From positions 928,001-992,000 of the forward strand of contig OY760686.1 in NCBI GenBank assembly GCA_963663865.1: a stretch of DNA of 64,000 bases, given 5' to 3'. Each line of letters begins with the position of its first letter. Position 1 is the stretch's first letter. Positions 49,310-58,171 of the stretch are shown piece after piece. The position numbers were made by a program, and so were the translations under genes. The notes beneath the pieces are model-generated. The model ran no database searches. It was not told the DNA's origin and saw nothing but the letters and a program-made list of their open reading frames with translations. Source of the stretch: Spirochaetota bacterium (GTDB lineage: Bacteria > Spirochaetota > UBA4802 > UBA5550).

Positions 49310-49612
49310 ATGACTAACAGAAGAACGTATGATCGTCAATTCAAAATTGATGCAGTAAAATTACTGAAAGAGAGCGGCAAAACAGCTTCTGCGGTCGCCG
49401 ATAATCTGGGGATTAAATCTGATCTCTTGTCACGCTGGAAAAAGGAATTTGCCAATGAAACCAAAAAAGTTTTTCCAGGGAAAGGAAATCCGCGAGATGA
49501 AGAAATAACACGTTTGAAAAAAGAGAACGCAGATCTTCGTATGGAGCGTGATATATTAAAAAAAGCAATGGCCATCTTTTCACAACCCGAAAGGAGAAAT
49601 TCGAATTCATGA
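49310..49612 (+). CDS. IS3 transposase OrfA
   Basis: RRTYDRQFKIDAV HTH; LKKENADLRMERDILKKAMAIF zipper. Confidence 0.93.
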   Translation: MTNRRTYDRQFKIDAVKLLKESGKTASAVADNLGIKSDLLSRWKKEFANETKKVFPGKGNPRDEEITRLKKENADLRMERDILKKAMAIFSQPERRNSNS

Positions 49613-50469
49613 AAAACAATGAATCGATTTATCCGGTGAAGAAGATGGCTGAAACATTTAGAATACCCAGAAGTCAATATTACAAATGGCTGAATTCAAA
49701 ACCTTGCTCTCGTGAGCTTCGAGATCAGGAATTACTTGTTATAATCAAAAAGAGTCATGAAGAAAGCAGAGAAACATACGGCAGCCCCAGGATCTTTAAA
49801 GATATTAAGAAGAAGTGAATCAAAACCTCAAAGAAACGAGTAGCTCGACTCATGCAAAGGAACGATCTTAAAGGTGCACAAAAACGCAAATTTAAGGTTA
49901 CTACCAATTCAGTTCATGAATATCCAGTGGCACCAAACCTTCTCAATAGGCAGTTTGATGTGCAGCAACCCAACACCTATTGGGTAAGCGATATCACCTA
50001 TATATGGACGATGGAAGGATGGCTGTATCTATCTGTTATAATTGACCTGTTCTCTCGAATGATTGTCGGATGGGCAATGGAGTCTCATATGCGGGCAGAG
50101 TTGGTAATTGATTCATTAAATATGGCTGTCACTCATCGCAATCCTGATGATGGATTAATATTCCATTCTGATCGGGGAACTCAATATGCCTGTGATGATT
50201 TTCGAACAGCACTTAAAGGATACGAGATGATTCAAAGCATGAGCCGGAAAGGTAACTGCTGGGACAATGCATGTGCTGAAAGCTTTTTTGCAACATTAAA
50301 GACTGAAGAAGTTTATCGTAGAAAATATAAAACCAGAGAGGAAGCAAGGTCTTACATATTTGAATATATAGCTGTTTTTTATAACAGAAAAAGACAGCAT
50401 TATTTTCTTGACTGTTTAAATCCTGTGGAATATGAAATAAATATGCTCAAACTTAAAAATGTTGTTTAA
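49609..50469 (+). pseudogene. IS3 transposase OrfB with in-frame TGA at 49816-49818
   Basis: YGSPRI, WVSDITYI, FHSDRG.QY, CWDNACAESFF DDE core; the two ORF pieces are in frame. Confidence 0.9.
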
Positions 50470-50499
50470 CTATCTGTCCTATAAATCGGGGGAGCTTCA

Positions 50500-51113
50500 T
50501 TTTTACACTGAGGGTGTGAGACCTTTTTTCGTTATTTTTTTTTCGATCCAAAAAGGGGTGTTGCCGAAGGCTTTTGCAAAGCTGTACTTTGCTATACTCA
50601 TTTTCACAGGGAGCCTGTGTGCATTTTCTGTTACTTTCTTTTTTCGATCCAAAAAAGAAAGTAACCAAAGAAAAAGGGATCTCCTGCGCGGAGGGCGATG
50701 GGACATCCATGTCCAAAGAATTAGTCACTGTGAATTAATCCATAGAGTGATAGCTTTATTATGTCAGGCGCCTTCGGAGCCGGAAGGCGCAGCATCCTGC
50801 TGCGCTTGAGTTATTATACATTTTGTCATATTACATAATCATATTGATTTAATCGTCATTAGGTTTCGCCACCCTGTAGAGCCGGCCAATTTGGACGGCT
50901 CTACCTCGCTACGCCCCCCCACCGCGGATGACAAGATGAGGAGAGCCGAAGGTCGGAACATTGGCGGCAGATTTCTTTTGACCACTTTTCTTGCTAAAAG
51001 AAAAGGAGTGAGGAAACTCTGACGAAAAGGCCTAAGCCCCCTCCTGGGCGGCTTAGGCACTAGTTCATCCTGAACGTCGGCGCCAGGGCGATTTGCTTCC
51101 ATGCAAATCGCAC
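50500..51113. repeat. Cluster of structured repeat modules, internal copies
   Basis: T-tract/hairpin/A-tract units at 50510-50535, 50630-50675 and 50970-51010; hairpins with TCC-containing loops at 50701-14, 50787-805, 51030-58, 51063-75 and 51088-111. Confidence 0.8.
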
Positions 51114-51208
51114 CTTTTCATCTTCTGTTTCGGAATCGGGTATTTTAGTAAAACGTACGGCATCGGGGAAAATTAAAAAAAATTGAATCAGATTAAAAAA
51201 AGTAAAAG

Positions 51209-51268
51209 AACGAAGGATAACGAATACATAACGAACATATAACGAAAATATAACGAACAAAAAACGAA
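51209..51268. repeat. Six AACGAA motifs phased at 10-11 bp
   Basis: AACGAA at 51209, 51219, 51230, 51241, 51252 and 51263. Confidence 0.9.
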
Positions 51269-51415
51269 GGGAAATAGGGCTGTTGAGGGGCTGAAACGCC
51301 CGGAAATGAGCTCTTCGAGCGAAAATCTGGCGGGGAAAGTACAACGTCAGCAATGAAGGGATAGGTTTTTGGGAAGGAGTGGGGTATGTTGCAGGGCGGA
51401 GTTTCTTTTTTTACA

Positions 51416-51565
51416 GGTGGCTTTATGTATCGAAGTTCAATATCTTTATACAAAGCCCATTTTAAAATTTTATCACTGATGTATTCAGGGGCATTATCGG
51501 AACGTATACTTCCAGGTTTTCCACGCAAGACTATGACATGCTCAAGAGATGTTAGTACCCGATGA
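51416..51565 (-). pseudogene. IS3-family transposase (integrase core) fragment
   Basis: RVLTSLEHVIVLRGKPGSIRSDNAPEYIS..LKWA....IELRYIKP. Confidence 0.75.
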
Positions 51566-51772
51566 TAAAGTCATGGTGAGGAAACTGTGAAAACCTCAAT
51601 GAATTATTTAGCTTATCCGGCAGATATTCTAAAGCAATTTATACAACCAGCAATTAAACGAAATTTTTATGCAGTTTATTTTACTTTTTTCAGAATATTA
51701 ATGAATATAGTTTGATTTTTATATGTGTTACCTTCAACGATATTGGATGAAGTTTTTGTGCAGAGAAGGATA

Positions 51773-51779
51773 GTTAGGC
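51773..51779 (+). other. Integron recombination core site (GTTAGGC) starting cassette 1; possible attI
   Basis: GTTRRRY; 51773-51793 is the reverse complement (20/21) of 53327-53347 at the cassette end. Confidence 0.7.
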
Positions 51780-51820
51780 GCAATATTTCACATGCGACAT
51801 TATTGAAATAGAATAAAACG

Positions 51821-53323
51821 ATGAATACATTAGCATTTTTAAGAAATACATCTGGGAAAATAGATCCATTTCGATTTCCAGCAAAAATTGGGGAACTAGC
51901 CCAATTGCTTCTGCTTTATGATAATATTACTATTGTTACTGACAATTTAAACGAATTAACATGCATAATAGAATGGCTTGGAGAGGATGCATTCAATCGC
52001 TTATTACTAAACAAGACAATTAAAATAATATTGATCCCATGGGAATATGCTACTTTTAACCCAAACCAAGATAATAATTCTATTAACATAGGATTATACA
52101 AGCTATTATCAGAAAATATTGATTTAAATTTAGAAAATCTTAATGATAGAAATGAATATTTACATAAAATAATAATAAGAAATATTTTTCAATCTCCATC
52201 ATCCAGTATCTCACCAGATACAATTACAAATATTGCAAATAAATTAGATATTGTTCAATCATCTGATTTTTGTAAATTATTAAATAATAATTCTCATCAA
52301 ATGTTTACTTGGCTCTTCAGCATGAAAGAAACAAGCGACATTCAAGAATATTTTGATCATAATTTTCTATTAACTAAAGCAACTAATTATAGTTCATTTA
52401 ATTCATTGGAAATTAATGAAGAAATTATTACAGAAATTGAATATGACTATATAAAAAAATATTTATCTGGAGATTTAAATAATTTATTATATACTGTAAG
52501 GGAAATATCTATTGCATCATATCTTGATATTGGACATATCAATATATCTGATTTTACACCTTTATTAATGCAAAACATGGTTCATGACAATAAATCAGAT
52601 GTTATATCTCCATTTTTCAATAATATTTTAAATGTTCATGAATTCCCTTTGATTCATGCAGGTATATATAATAAAAGCATTAGTGCTGAAAATGTTTTAG
52701 CAATTAGAAATTCAAAATCTGGTGTCAATTTTAGAAAATGGCTAAGTGAATGTTCATCAACAAATAAAAATCCTGATCAATTAATATCAGAATATGTAAA
52801 ATCAATAACAGACCAAATACCGAAGGAATCTACTAAATTTTCAGTATTTAAACTACTGTCATTAGCATTATTAGGTATTGTCGATTCGGGTTCTGGTTTA
52901 GTACTTTCAATTGCTGATGTATTTCACACAAAAATTAAAAATACTTGGTCCCCAATATTATTTATAAGGGATGATTATGGTAAATTTCTTAATCAAACTT
53001 CATATGACTATCCATCTATACCGATAGATATTTTATTCTTATTGAATTGTGGATTAAGAATATGCAGTTTTGAATATCATGAAGATAATACTAAAATTGA
53101 ATTGTTCAGAGATACTAAAGATAATTTATTCAATATTACTTATGGTAAAAGTAAAGAGGAAATATCGATCTTAAAATCAACTATTCATGAAATTATTGAA
53201 TTGTCTCCTGGAGTAGAATTTTATTTTTATTGTCCATCATGTAACAGTAAAAATCAAATTAAATCCTTAGGAAAACAAACACAAAATATTCGGTGTGGTT
53301 ATTGTAAAAATAAAATTGTGTAA
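51821..53323 (+). CDS. Integron cassette gene: unknown 500-aa protein with C-terminal zinc ribbon
   Basis: Very AT-rich ORF between a core site and attC; CPSC...CGYC. Confidence 0.8.
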   Translation: MNTLAFLRNTSGKIDPFRFPAKIGELAQLLLLYDNITIVTDNLNELTCIIEWLGEDAFNRLLLNKTIKIILIPWEYATFNPNQDNNSINIGLYKLLSENIDLNLENLNDRNEYLHKIIIRNIFQSPSSSISPDTITNIANKLDIVQSSDFCKLLNNNSHQMFTWLFSMKETSDIQEYFDHNFLLTKATNYSSFNSLEINEEIITEIEYDYIKKYLSGDLNNLLYTVREISIASYLDIGHINISDFTPLLMQNMVHDNKSDVISPFFNNILNVHEFPLIHAGIYNKSISAENVLAIRNSKSGVNFRKWLSECSSTNKNPDQLISEYVKSITDQIPKESTKFSVFKLLSLALLGIVDSGSGLVLSIADVFHTKIKNTWSPILFIRDDYGKFLNQTSYDYPSIPIDILFLLNCGLRICSFEYHEDNTKIELFRDTKDNLFNITYGKSKEEISILKSTIHEIIELSPGVEFYFYCPSCNSKNQIKSLGKQTQNIRCGYCKNKIV

Positions 53324-53340
53324 AAAATGTGAAATACTGC

Positions 53341-53443
53341 GCCTAACAAAGCATATAAGCTGCGTCGCTTCGCTCCTTGGCCTGCGGCACATTTTGCCTT
53401 CATTTCATTACGGCAAAACGTCTTATATGCTTGGACGTTAAGT
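53341..53443 (+). other. attC site 1
   Basis: GCCTAAC...GTTAAGT; perfect inner stem AAGCATATAAG (53349-59)/CTTATATGCTT (53422-32). Confidence 0.88.
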
Positions 53444-53485
53444 GGCATTGCGAGTTAGTTATCTATTTATTAGGAGTTTGTTATA

Positions 53486-54163
53486 ATGAATACAACTCAA
53501 ATAATTATTGAATTCATTAAAACTATATTTTCTGCGGCAACACTAATTATTGCCATATATGGAATAAATACATGGCGCAAACAGTTGAAAGGCACAAATG
53601 AATTTGAACTCTCAAAGGAAATATTGGAAAATGTTTATAAAGTAAAAAGAGCTTTTGCTTATGTAAGAAACCCTGGAATTTATAAATCTGAATATCCAAA
53701 GGAACTCCAAGATAAATTAACTTTAAATATTGAACAAAAAGCTTATGCAACACAGTACTATTATAGTAAACGATTAGAAATACTTCATAATGAGTTTGAA
53801 AAACTTGAAAATTCATTTTTAAAAGGAATTGTATTGTTTAATATAACTGATGAGATTATTATGCCTTTACGGAAATGCAGAGCATCATTAATAGTTGCAT
53901 TGCAAGATCTTTACGAGTTTACTAAGAATCCTGAATATACAACTTCCGAAAGAAAACATGATGTTTATAAAATCATATATGATAATTTAAGCTTAAATGA
54001 AGATGATAAAGATCAGTTCTCAAAATATATAATAGAAGCAGTTGATTTGATGATTCATTGGTTAAAGCCGATGTTGTTAAAGTCAAAAATCAATAATAAA
54101 GAATTTCAAAATATTCTTAGGAGAACAAGAAGCTTTGAAATTATAATTCACAACGACGTATAA
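53486..54163 (+). CDS. Integron cassette gene: N-terminal TM helix protein of unknown function
   Basis: AT-rich; TAGGAG RBS; TM segment followed by WRKQLKG..EFELSKEIL; stop codon lies inside the attC R'' site. Confidence 0.8.
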   Translation: MNTTQIIIEFIKTIFSAATLIIAIYGINTWRKQLKGTNEFELSKEILENVYKVKRAFAYVRNPGIYKSEYPKELQDKLTLNIEQKAYATQYYYSKRLEILHNEFEKLENSFLKGIVLFNITDEIIMPLRKCRASLIVALQDLYEFTKNPEYTTSERKHDVYKIIYDNLSLNEDDKDQFSKYIIEAVDLMIHWLKPMLLKSKINNKEFQNILRRTRSFEIIIHNDV

Positions 54164-54233
54164 CTGCGGCTAAAAGCTACACTCCGGTTCCGGTTTGCTT
54201 CGAAAAAACGTCATTTAGCCGCGTTCGTTGTAC
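54158..54233 (+). other. attC site 2
   Basis: GTATAAC...GTTGTAC; inner stem GCGGCTAAA (54166-74)/TTTAGCCGC (54214-22); R' deviates from GTTRRRY. Confidence 0.75.
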
Positions 54234-54399
54234 GAAAGGCAGAGCGCCAGGACAGTGAAGAGAAAATGAGTTGAGGATAAATATATTTCTTAACACCGCC
54301 TCACAAGAGCGAGCCAAGTCCACTTCGACAGGCTCAGTACCCTCTGTATTTCATAGCTTTCTCCTGAATATTTTAGGCGACAGCTATGTTGACACAGAG

Positions 54400-54985
54400 G
54401 TGTTGCCGTAGGCTTTAACTCGCTCAGCTGTGCAACACGCTTTTTGGCAGGGAGCCTGCCGACCATTTTCACACTGGGAGTGTGGCACTTCTTTTGCCGC
54501 TTTTTGACCGGGCAAAAAGAGGCGGGAAAAAGCCGTTCCTCAGTCGCCGGAAAGGCGGAGTTTCCGCGGGTTTTTGTTCAGCTGCGCTGCGCGACTCGCA
54601 TTTTTGGCAGGGAGCCTGCCTGTCATTTTCACGCTGAGAGCGTGAGACCCTTTTTCTTCGTCACTTTCGTCCGGGTTTTTTGCCGTAGGCTTTAACTCGC
54701 TCAGCTGAGCGACACGCATTTAGGCAGGGAGCCTGCCGTCCTTTTTCACACTGGGAGTGTGGCACTTCTTTTGCCGCTTTTTGACCGGCCAAAAAGCGGC
54801 GGGAAAAAGCCGTTCCTCAGTCGCCGGAATGGCTTGGCCTTTACTGTTACCAAACTATTTCAACGCCGTTATCATCATCCTGATGAAACGGCGCCCTGGA
54901 GATTTTCATCCATGAAAATCTCACTGATTGAGTTGTTGAAACAGTGTGCCTGCAGTCTCTTAATTCCGGCATTATGTTCCTGGCG
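54400..54985. repeat. Three tandem structured repeat modules; the last is the full right copy of the island-flanking repeat
   Basis: GGCAGGGAGCCTGC cores near 54445, 54606 and 54723; TGCCGTAGGCTTTAACTCGCTCAGCTG occurs twice; 54710-54985 matches 47390-47666. Confidence 0.9.
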
Positions 54986-55022
54986 GCTATTTCGACCTCC
55001 TGTCGGCCGTCGGCCCTCTGTG

Positions 55023-58000
55023 TCAACATTCTCTCTCCCTCTTTTCCCAGAACTCATAGAGAATCGGCATGATAAAAAGGGTGAGCAATGTTGAAGTAGT
55101 TATTCCGCCGACAACAACCACGGCAAGCGGCTTCTGTACCTCTGAACCTATACCTGTGGCAAGCATCATCGGCAGAAAGCCGAAGATGTCAGTCAGCGCG
55201 GTCATCAGAACAGCACGGATCCTCATACTTGCCCCTTCTCTGATCAGTGCAGGTCCATGAAGACCGTCACGCCGCAGAGAGTTATAGCAGCTGATAAGCA
55301 CAATGCCGTTCAGGACGGCAATGCCCGATACAGCGATAAAGCCTATTCCGGCTGAGATGCTGAAAGGAAGCCCCATTATCGCCAGATTTATTACTCCGCC
55401 GGCTATGGCGAAGGGTACTCCCAGGAATATTATGAGTGACTGCTGTGTGTTTTTGAAAACGGAATAGATAAGCATGAAAATCAGAATCATCGCTACCGGC
55501 GCTGCAACAGCGAGACGCTTTCCGGCTTTGCTGTAGTTCTGAAAGAAACCCTTCCAGCGTGTAAAATAACCATCGGGCAGATGAAGTTTTTCGTTGAGAA
55601 GCTTCTTTGCTTCTTCGACGAAGCTCTGAGTGTCCCTTTCACCGCTCATGTTGATGAGAACCCCGGCGCGCCGTCTGGACTGTTCCCTGTTAACCTGGAT
55701 ATAAATATCATCAATAGTGAGCTTTGCGACATCAGAAAGAGGGACGGTAAAGTTTTCAGAAACTCCAACTGGTATCGTACCAATGGCGGCAATGTTGTTA
55801 CGGTAGCGGTCAGGAAGTCGTATTTCTATCGGAAATTTCCTGTCCTGATGATAGATGTGCCCTGCCTCGGCCCCGCCGAGGGCTATTCGTACAGTCTCAA
55901 GAACATTTCTTTTTTCAATACCCAGCCTGTTTATCACATCCATGCGGGGCGTAATTTTAAGGAGGGGCGTTTTACCGTTAATTGAGGTCTGCACTGAAGC
56001 CGCACCTGGTAGCGACCTGAGAAGTTCAGCCGCATCCTCTGCAATGTGTTCAAGCTCTTCAAGATCGGAGCCGTAAACGAGCAGTGTGATGTCTGAGTCA
56101 AATCCTTCGATAAGATGATTGAAGCGCATTTGAACCGGCTGGGACATCATGGCCTCCTGGCCTGGCACTGCCTTTCGCAGCTTTTCACTGATTGCATTTT
56201 TTAATTCTTCGAATGTCCTGCGTTTCCCGTTTATAAGAGGCCATTTCTCGACAGGTTTTAGGGTGATAATGCAATCTACATGATCAACTCCAACCGGATC
56301 TGTTGATATCTCAGAGGCGCCAAGTCTCGAAAAAACATCACGGACTTCATCGAATTCCATTATGGCCCTGTCGGAAATTTTCTGCATTTCAACCGACATG
56401 TCAGGTGAAATATTAACCGGACGGATCATTTTGGCCGCAAGGGTGCCTTCCGATAGATTGGGGATAAACTCAGCCCCCATCCTCGAAAAGATTAACGCGG
56501 ATGCTGCAATCGTAAGTATTGCCGTAAGAACAACCTTGAACCGATGCTTGAGGCAAAATTCCAGCGCGGGCATGTACAGCCTCCGGAAAGTCCGCATCAG
56601 AAACGGCTCGCGCAGGTCCGGTTTACCGGAGAGAAATCTTCCGGCGAGGGCCGGTACAACGGTGAAGCTTAATACGAAGGATGAGGCCAGCGCGAAGCAG
56701 AAGCCTGTAGCCATGGGAGAGAACATCTTGCCTTCAATGCCGGTCAGCATGAAGAGCGGGATGAATACGATAATGATAATCAGCTGGCCCAATCCTGCCG
56801 CGCCCCTGATGTTGACTGCTGATTCCCCGACGGTCTCTCTGATCTCAGCTCTTGAAAGAGAGCGTCCCTTCGCGCGTGCCCGCTCCGAGATGCTTCTCGC
56901 GCAGCTGTCCATTACGATGACTGCCCCGTCTATAACAATGCCGAAGTCGATGGCGCCGAGGCTCATAAGGCTGCCGGGAATATTGAACAACTTCATCAGA
57001 ATGAAAGTACCCAGCAGGGAGAGAGGCACAACAAAGGCAGTGATGAGGGCAGCCCTGAAGTTGCCGACAAGCAGAAACAGAAATACTATGACAAGTCCGG
57101 CGCCCATGAGGATGTTCTTTTTTACGGTTTCAAGGGTGCTGTTGACCAGATCAGATCTGCTGTACAGCACATCTATCTCTGTGCCGGCGGGCAGGTTTTT
57201 CTTTATCTCATTAATCTCTTTCGTCACGTTATCGGAAACAGTCCTGCTGTTTTCTCCCTGGAGCATCATGACCGTACCGATTATTGATTCCTCGGCATTG
57301 TGCACAGCTGCTCCGGTCCGCAGCTCTTTTCCGTAATCAACCGTTGCTATGTCTCCAACGGTAATAGTTCTGAAGTTCTGAAGCATCTTAACGGGGATTT
57401 GCCTGATGTCTTCCGGGGATGTATATATCCCCCTTCCCTGAACGAGCAGCTGCTCTGCTGACTGTTGGATGTATCCGCCGGCGGAGTTGTATGAGTTGTC
57501 TTCAACTGCCCGCAAAATGTCGTCAAAGTGAATGCCGTAATGAGATGTCAGTGACGGGTCTGGAGTGACGTGGTACTGACGGGGATATCCCCCGATGGTA
57601 TTTACTTCATTTACTCCCTTGACGCTCATCAACCTGGGGATAATCTCCCATCGGTGAAGTGTGTCAAGTTCCTGAAGCAGGTCCAGTTTTTTCCGTTCGC
57701 TGTCAGGAGACTCCCTTACTCTGAGAGTGTAGTAGACTATCTCGCCGAGGCCGGTCGATATGGGCCCCAGTTCAGGAGACACAGTTTCAGGAAGATCAAC
57801 AGATTGAAGCTGTTCTGAAACCAGCTGGTGCGCCATGTAAATATCGGTCCCATCCTCAAATACAACAGTTACCTGGGAAATGCCGTATCTTGTTACTGAA
57901 CGGACTTCCTCCATTCCTGGAATGGAGTTCATGGCGCTTTCAATAGGGTAGGTGATGTTTGACTCAATTACATCGGGTGTCTGTCCCGCAGCTGCGGTAT

Positions 58001-58151
58001 TTACTGTGACCTGAACATTCGTAATGTCGGGGATGGCATCTATCGGCAATGTTGAGAAAGCCGTTATTCCTGCAGCGGCCAGGAGTATGGTGAACAGAGC
58101 CGGATAAAGAACATTGTCGGTCGATTTTTTTATTATAGTATCAAGAAACAT
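55023..58151 (-). CDS. czcA: CusA/CzcA-family heavy-metal efflux RND permease
   Basis: LPIDAIPDITNVQV, GPISTGLGEI, MSLGAIDFG..IDGA, GIEGKMFSPMA, GFIAVSGIAVLNG. Confidence 0.95.
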   Translation of the reverse strand: MFLDTIIKKSTDNVLYPALFTILLAAAGITAFSTLPIDAIPDITNVQVTVNTAAAGQTPDVIESNITYPIESAMNSIPGMEEVRSVTRYGISQVTVVFEDGTDIYMAHQLVSEQLQSVDLPETVSPELGPISTGLGEIVYYTLRVRESPDSERKKLDLLQELDTLHRWEIIPRLMSVKGVNEVNTIGGYPRQYHVTPDPSLTSHYGIHFDDILRAVEDNSYNSAGGYIQQSAEQLLVQGRGIYTSPEDIRQIPVKMLQNFRTITVGDIATVDYGKELRTGAAVHNAEESIIGTVMMLQGENSRTVSDNVTKEINEIKKNLPAGTEIDVLYSRSDLVNSTLETVKKNILMGAGLVIVFLFLLVGNFRAALITAFVVPLSLLGTFILMKLFNIPGSLMSLGAIDFGIVIDGAVIVMDSCARSISERARAKGRSLSRAEIRETVGESAVNIRGAAGLGQLIIIIVFIPLFMLTGIEGKMFSPMATGFCFALASSFVLSFTVVPALAGRFLSGKPDLREPFLMRTFRRLYMPALEFCLKHRFKVVLTAILTIAASALIFSRMGAEFIPNLSEGTLAAKMIRPVNISPDMSVEMQKISDRAIMEFDEVRDVFSRLGASEISTDPVGVDHVDCIITLKPVEKWPLINGKRRTFEELKNAISEKLRKAVPGQEAMMSQPVQMRFNHLIEGFDSDITLLVYGSDLEELEHIAEDAAELLRSLPGAASVQTSINGKTPLLKITPRMDVINRLGIEKRNVLETVRIALGGAEAGHIYHQDRKFPIEIRLPDRYRNNIAAIGTIPVGVSENFTVPLSDVAKLTIDDIYIQVNREQSRRRAGVLINMSGERDTQSFVEEAKKLLNEKLHLPDGYFTRWKGFFQNYSKAGKRLAVAAPVAMILIFMLIYSVFKNTQQSLIIFLGVPFAIAGGVINLAIMGLPFSISAGIGFIAVSGIAVLNGIVLISCYNSLRRDGLHGPALIREGASMRIRAVLMTALTDIFGFLPMMLATGIGSEVQKPLAVVVVGGITTSTLLTLFIMPILYEFWEKREREC

Positions 58152-58171
58152 GGATTATCCTCATGATGTTG

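Larger units (their letters stand above)
49240..50499 (+). mobile_element. IS3-family insertion sequence (full length, orfB inactivated)
   Basis: TG...CA ends; IRL TGAACCTACCCCGAAAAAGTGGACA versus reverse-complement IRR TGAAGCTCCCCCGATTTATAGGACA; no target-site duplication. Confidence 0.93.

Noticed and set aside
49816-49818. TGA in IS3 orfB as recoding (Sec/Trp) or an alternative genetic code
   Set aside because: Many intact genes here end in TGA; a point mutation in a decaying IS is simpler
54400-54985. Possible CRISPR array from the recurring GGCAGGGAGCCTGC core
   Set aside because: Spacing is irregular and long, the intervening DNA is itself repetitive, and there are no cas genes
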